From positions 19,158,001 to 19,222,000 of the forward strand of contig CM126228.1 in assembly GCA_052327205.1 (NCBI GenBank): 64,000 nucleotides of DNA. The letters run 5' to 3'. This DNA is from Somniosus microcephalus (Eukaryota). This document shows, piece after piece, positions 62,603-64,000 of this stretch. Both the position numbers and the translations under genes were made by a program. The first letter of the stretch is position 1. Every line of letters starts with the position of its first letter. A model generated the notes under the pieces. It saw only the letters and a list, made by a program, of their open reading frames with translations, was not told where the DNA came from and ran no database searches.

Positions 62603-62646
62603 AATATGTAATCTACATTAAGTAATGCTTCAAGAATTAAAGTAAT

Positions 62647-62832
62647 GGTTCCCGAATGGCTCAGTGAGTTTATCCAGTGATTGTCTGAGCCATACAGGTC
62701 AGGAAGCCCCAGGTTTGATCCTGGTCTGTGCTGAGATGGTTGATCTCAGCCTGATGGTTGTAGGGGTACTACAACTGGCCTTAGGGTCCTGGGTTAGGGA
62801 AGGGAAAATAAGACCGGCTTCCTGGCCCTGAC
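62647..62832 (+). mobile_element. tRNA-derived SINE 5' part
   Basis: A-box-like TGGCTCAGTGAG and B-box-like GGTTTGATCC; body shared with several minus-strand copies. Confidence 0.65.
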
Positions 62833-62872
62833 TGTTTAAAGCTTAACACAAATGATGATGTGTTAACACGAA

Positions 62873-64000
62873 GGCCTAGAAATTCAGTGTAGCCACGTTT
62901 GGGGCGCTACAGCCGGGCGTTCGCTAAATTTTGCGCCCGGCGCAACTTAGCGCCACCTTCGCCGATATTCAGTTGCATCGCCCCAAGAGGTTGCTGCTGC
63001 GCTAAAGCAGGCGATGCACGACTATCATTAGGCGCTAAGCCGGCGATCCGGGGCGCTAACACCGAGGGCGGGCACAGCGCAGGTGCGGTGAGTTGCTCAA
63101 TGAAGGCAGACACGCTGGAGCCGGTCAGCTCTTAAAGGGGGAAGGTCGACTTGTTTGGCTGCCATGCCCTGCACACTGCAGCCCTGAAGCAAGGCCTGAC
63201 CATTGCTGGTTCATCAGTTCTACGCCCTGAACCATGGGGAAGCCCGCTATTCTTCCAAATCCCATTGCACACTCTTGCTGCTTGTCATGGGGAAGGAGAT
63301 GTACTGACGTCTCCTTCTGAAAAGGGCATTGTTCACCTGGCGGATGCAGCAATGTACCGCGAACTGGGAGATGTTGGCAATGTCCCCAGTAGCGGATTGG
63401 AAGGAGCCGGTGGCATAGAAATTGAGAGCCACCGTCACCTTCACTGCCACCGACAGAGATGTCCTGCTCCTCAGCTGTGGCTGCAGATCTCTGCGAAGCA
63501 GGTGGCAGATCTCAGTGACCACCTCCCTTCTGAATCGCAACCTCCGAACACACTGCTCCTCAGACATGTTCAGATATGAGAACTTCTGGCGGTATACCCT
63601 GGGTGGGTAAGGCCTCCTGTGCCGACGCCTGTTGGCCCTTCTCCATCTGGCTATGACTGGCACTCTCTCACGGCGTCTCTGAGCCCTTTGAATGCAATGC
63701 AGAAAGCCAACGTTTCCACCCATTGCAGCCCCCATTATATGTGGCGACTCAAGGCTATGGCACTGAAAGTGAAATCCAAGTGCAAAGCTCTGGCCTGAAG
63801 CCGGAAGTACCTGTGCGAGCGCTGAGTCAAAGCAGAAAGCTCTCTGCCTTTGTCTCTCTCCAAATATCTCTCTCTCACACAGAAGGATTGGCACAAAATG
63901 GCTGCCACTTATAATGCAGGAGGAGTCCCCTTTAAATAGCGCCCCGCAGCGACTGGGAACCGTTCCCCTTTACCAGTCGCTGGGGGCGCCAGGCGCACAT
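62873..64000 (-). mobile_element. Internally deleted PIF/Harbinger transposon with a transposase N-terminal fragment; continues past the right window edge
   Basis: Terminal GGCCTAGAAATTC; minus strand 63700-63205 encodes PPRVYR...EEQCVRRLRFRREVV...KVTVALNFYATGSFQ...ISQFAVH...YISFPM, then after a frameshift GFGRIAGFPMVQG; it stops just before the catalytic IDCTH motif. Confidence 0.9.

Noticed and set aside
63205-63894. Domesticated HARBI1 gene
   Set aside because: Frameshifted, lacks the DDE core, lies next to a TIR and shares ends with local MITEs.

Overview
Vertebrate genomic DNA, most likely from a cartilaginous fish (inferred from the repeat complement). The window lies inside one large + strand gene, DMXL2 (rabconnectin-3 alpha, a WD40/Rav1-type V-ATPase regulator). 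I placed 24 internal coding exons with GT-AG boundaries and mutually consistent phases (3754-61092); the gene start and end are outside the window. One extra in-frame candidate cassette exon lies at 55744-55866. The introns are dense with mobile DNA: CR1 and L2 LINE fragments, tRNA-derived SINEs, Penelope-like relics, two TA-inserting Tc1/mariner-pogo-type MITEs, many PIF/Harbinger-type MITEs, and Harbinger transposase and Myb/SANT gene fragments. The top lead is the minus-strand LINE at 1-1972. It has a tRNA-type Pol III promoter head running directly into its endonuclease-RT ORF with no ORF1, and its sense strand has no TTTT and only two TTT in about 2 kb, which suggests a Pol III-transcribed protein-coding retrotransposon. 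Other leads are a palindrome with two back-to-back hammerhead ribozyme cores, a MITE inserted into an exon splice donor, and two inverted MITE pairs that bracket frame-preserving exon blocks. All coordinates were read by eye: exon ends were checked against reading frame, repeat ends are approximate, and family names are from recall rather than database searches.
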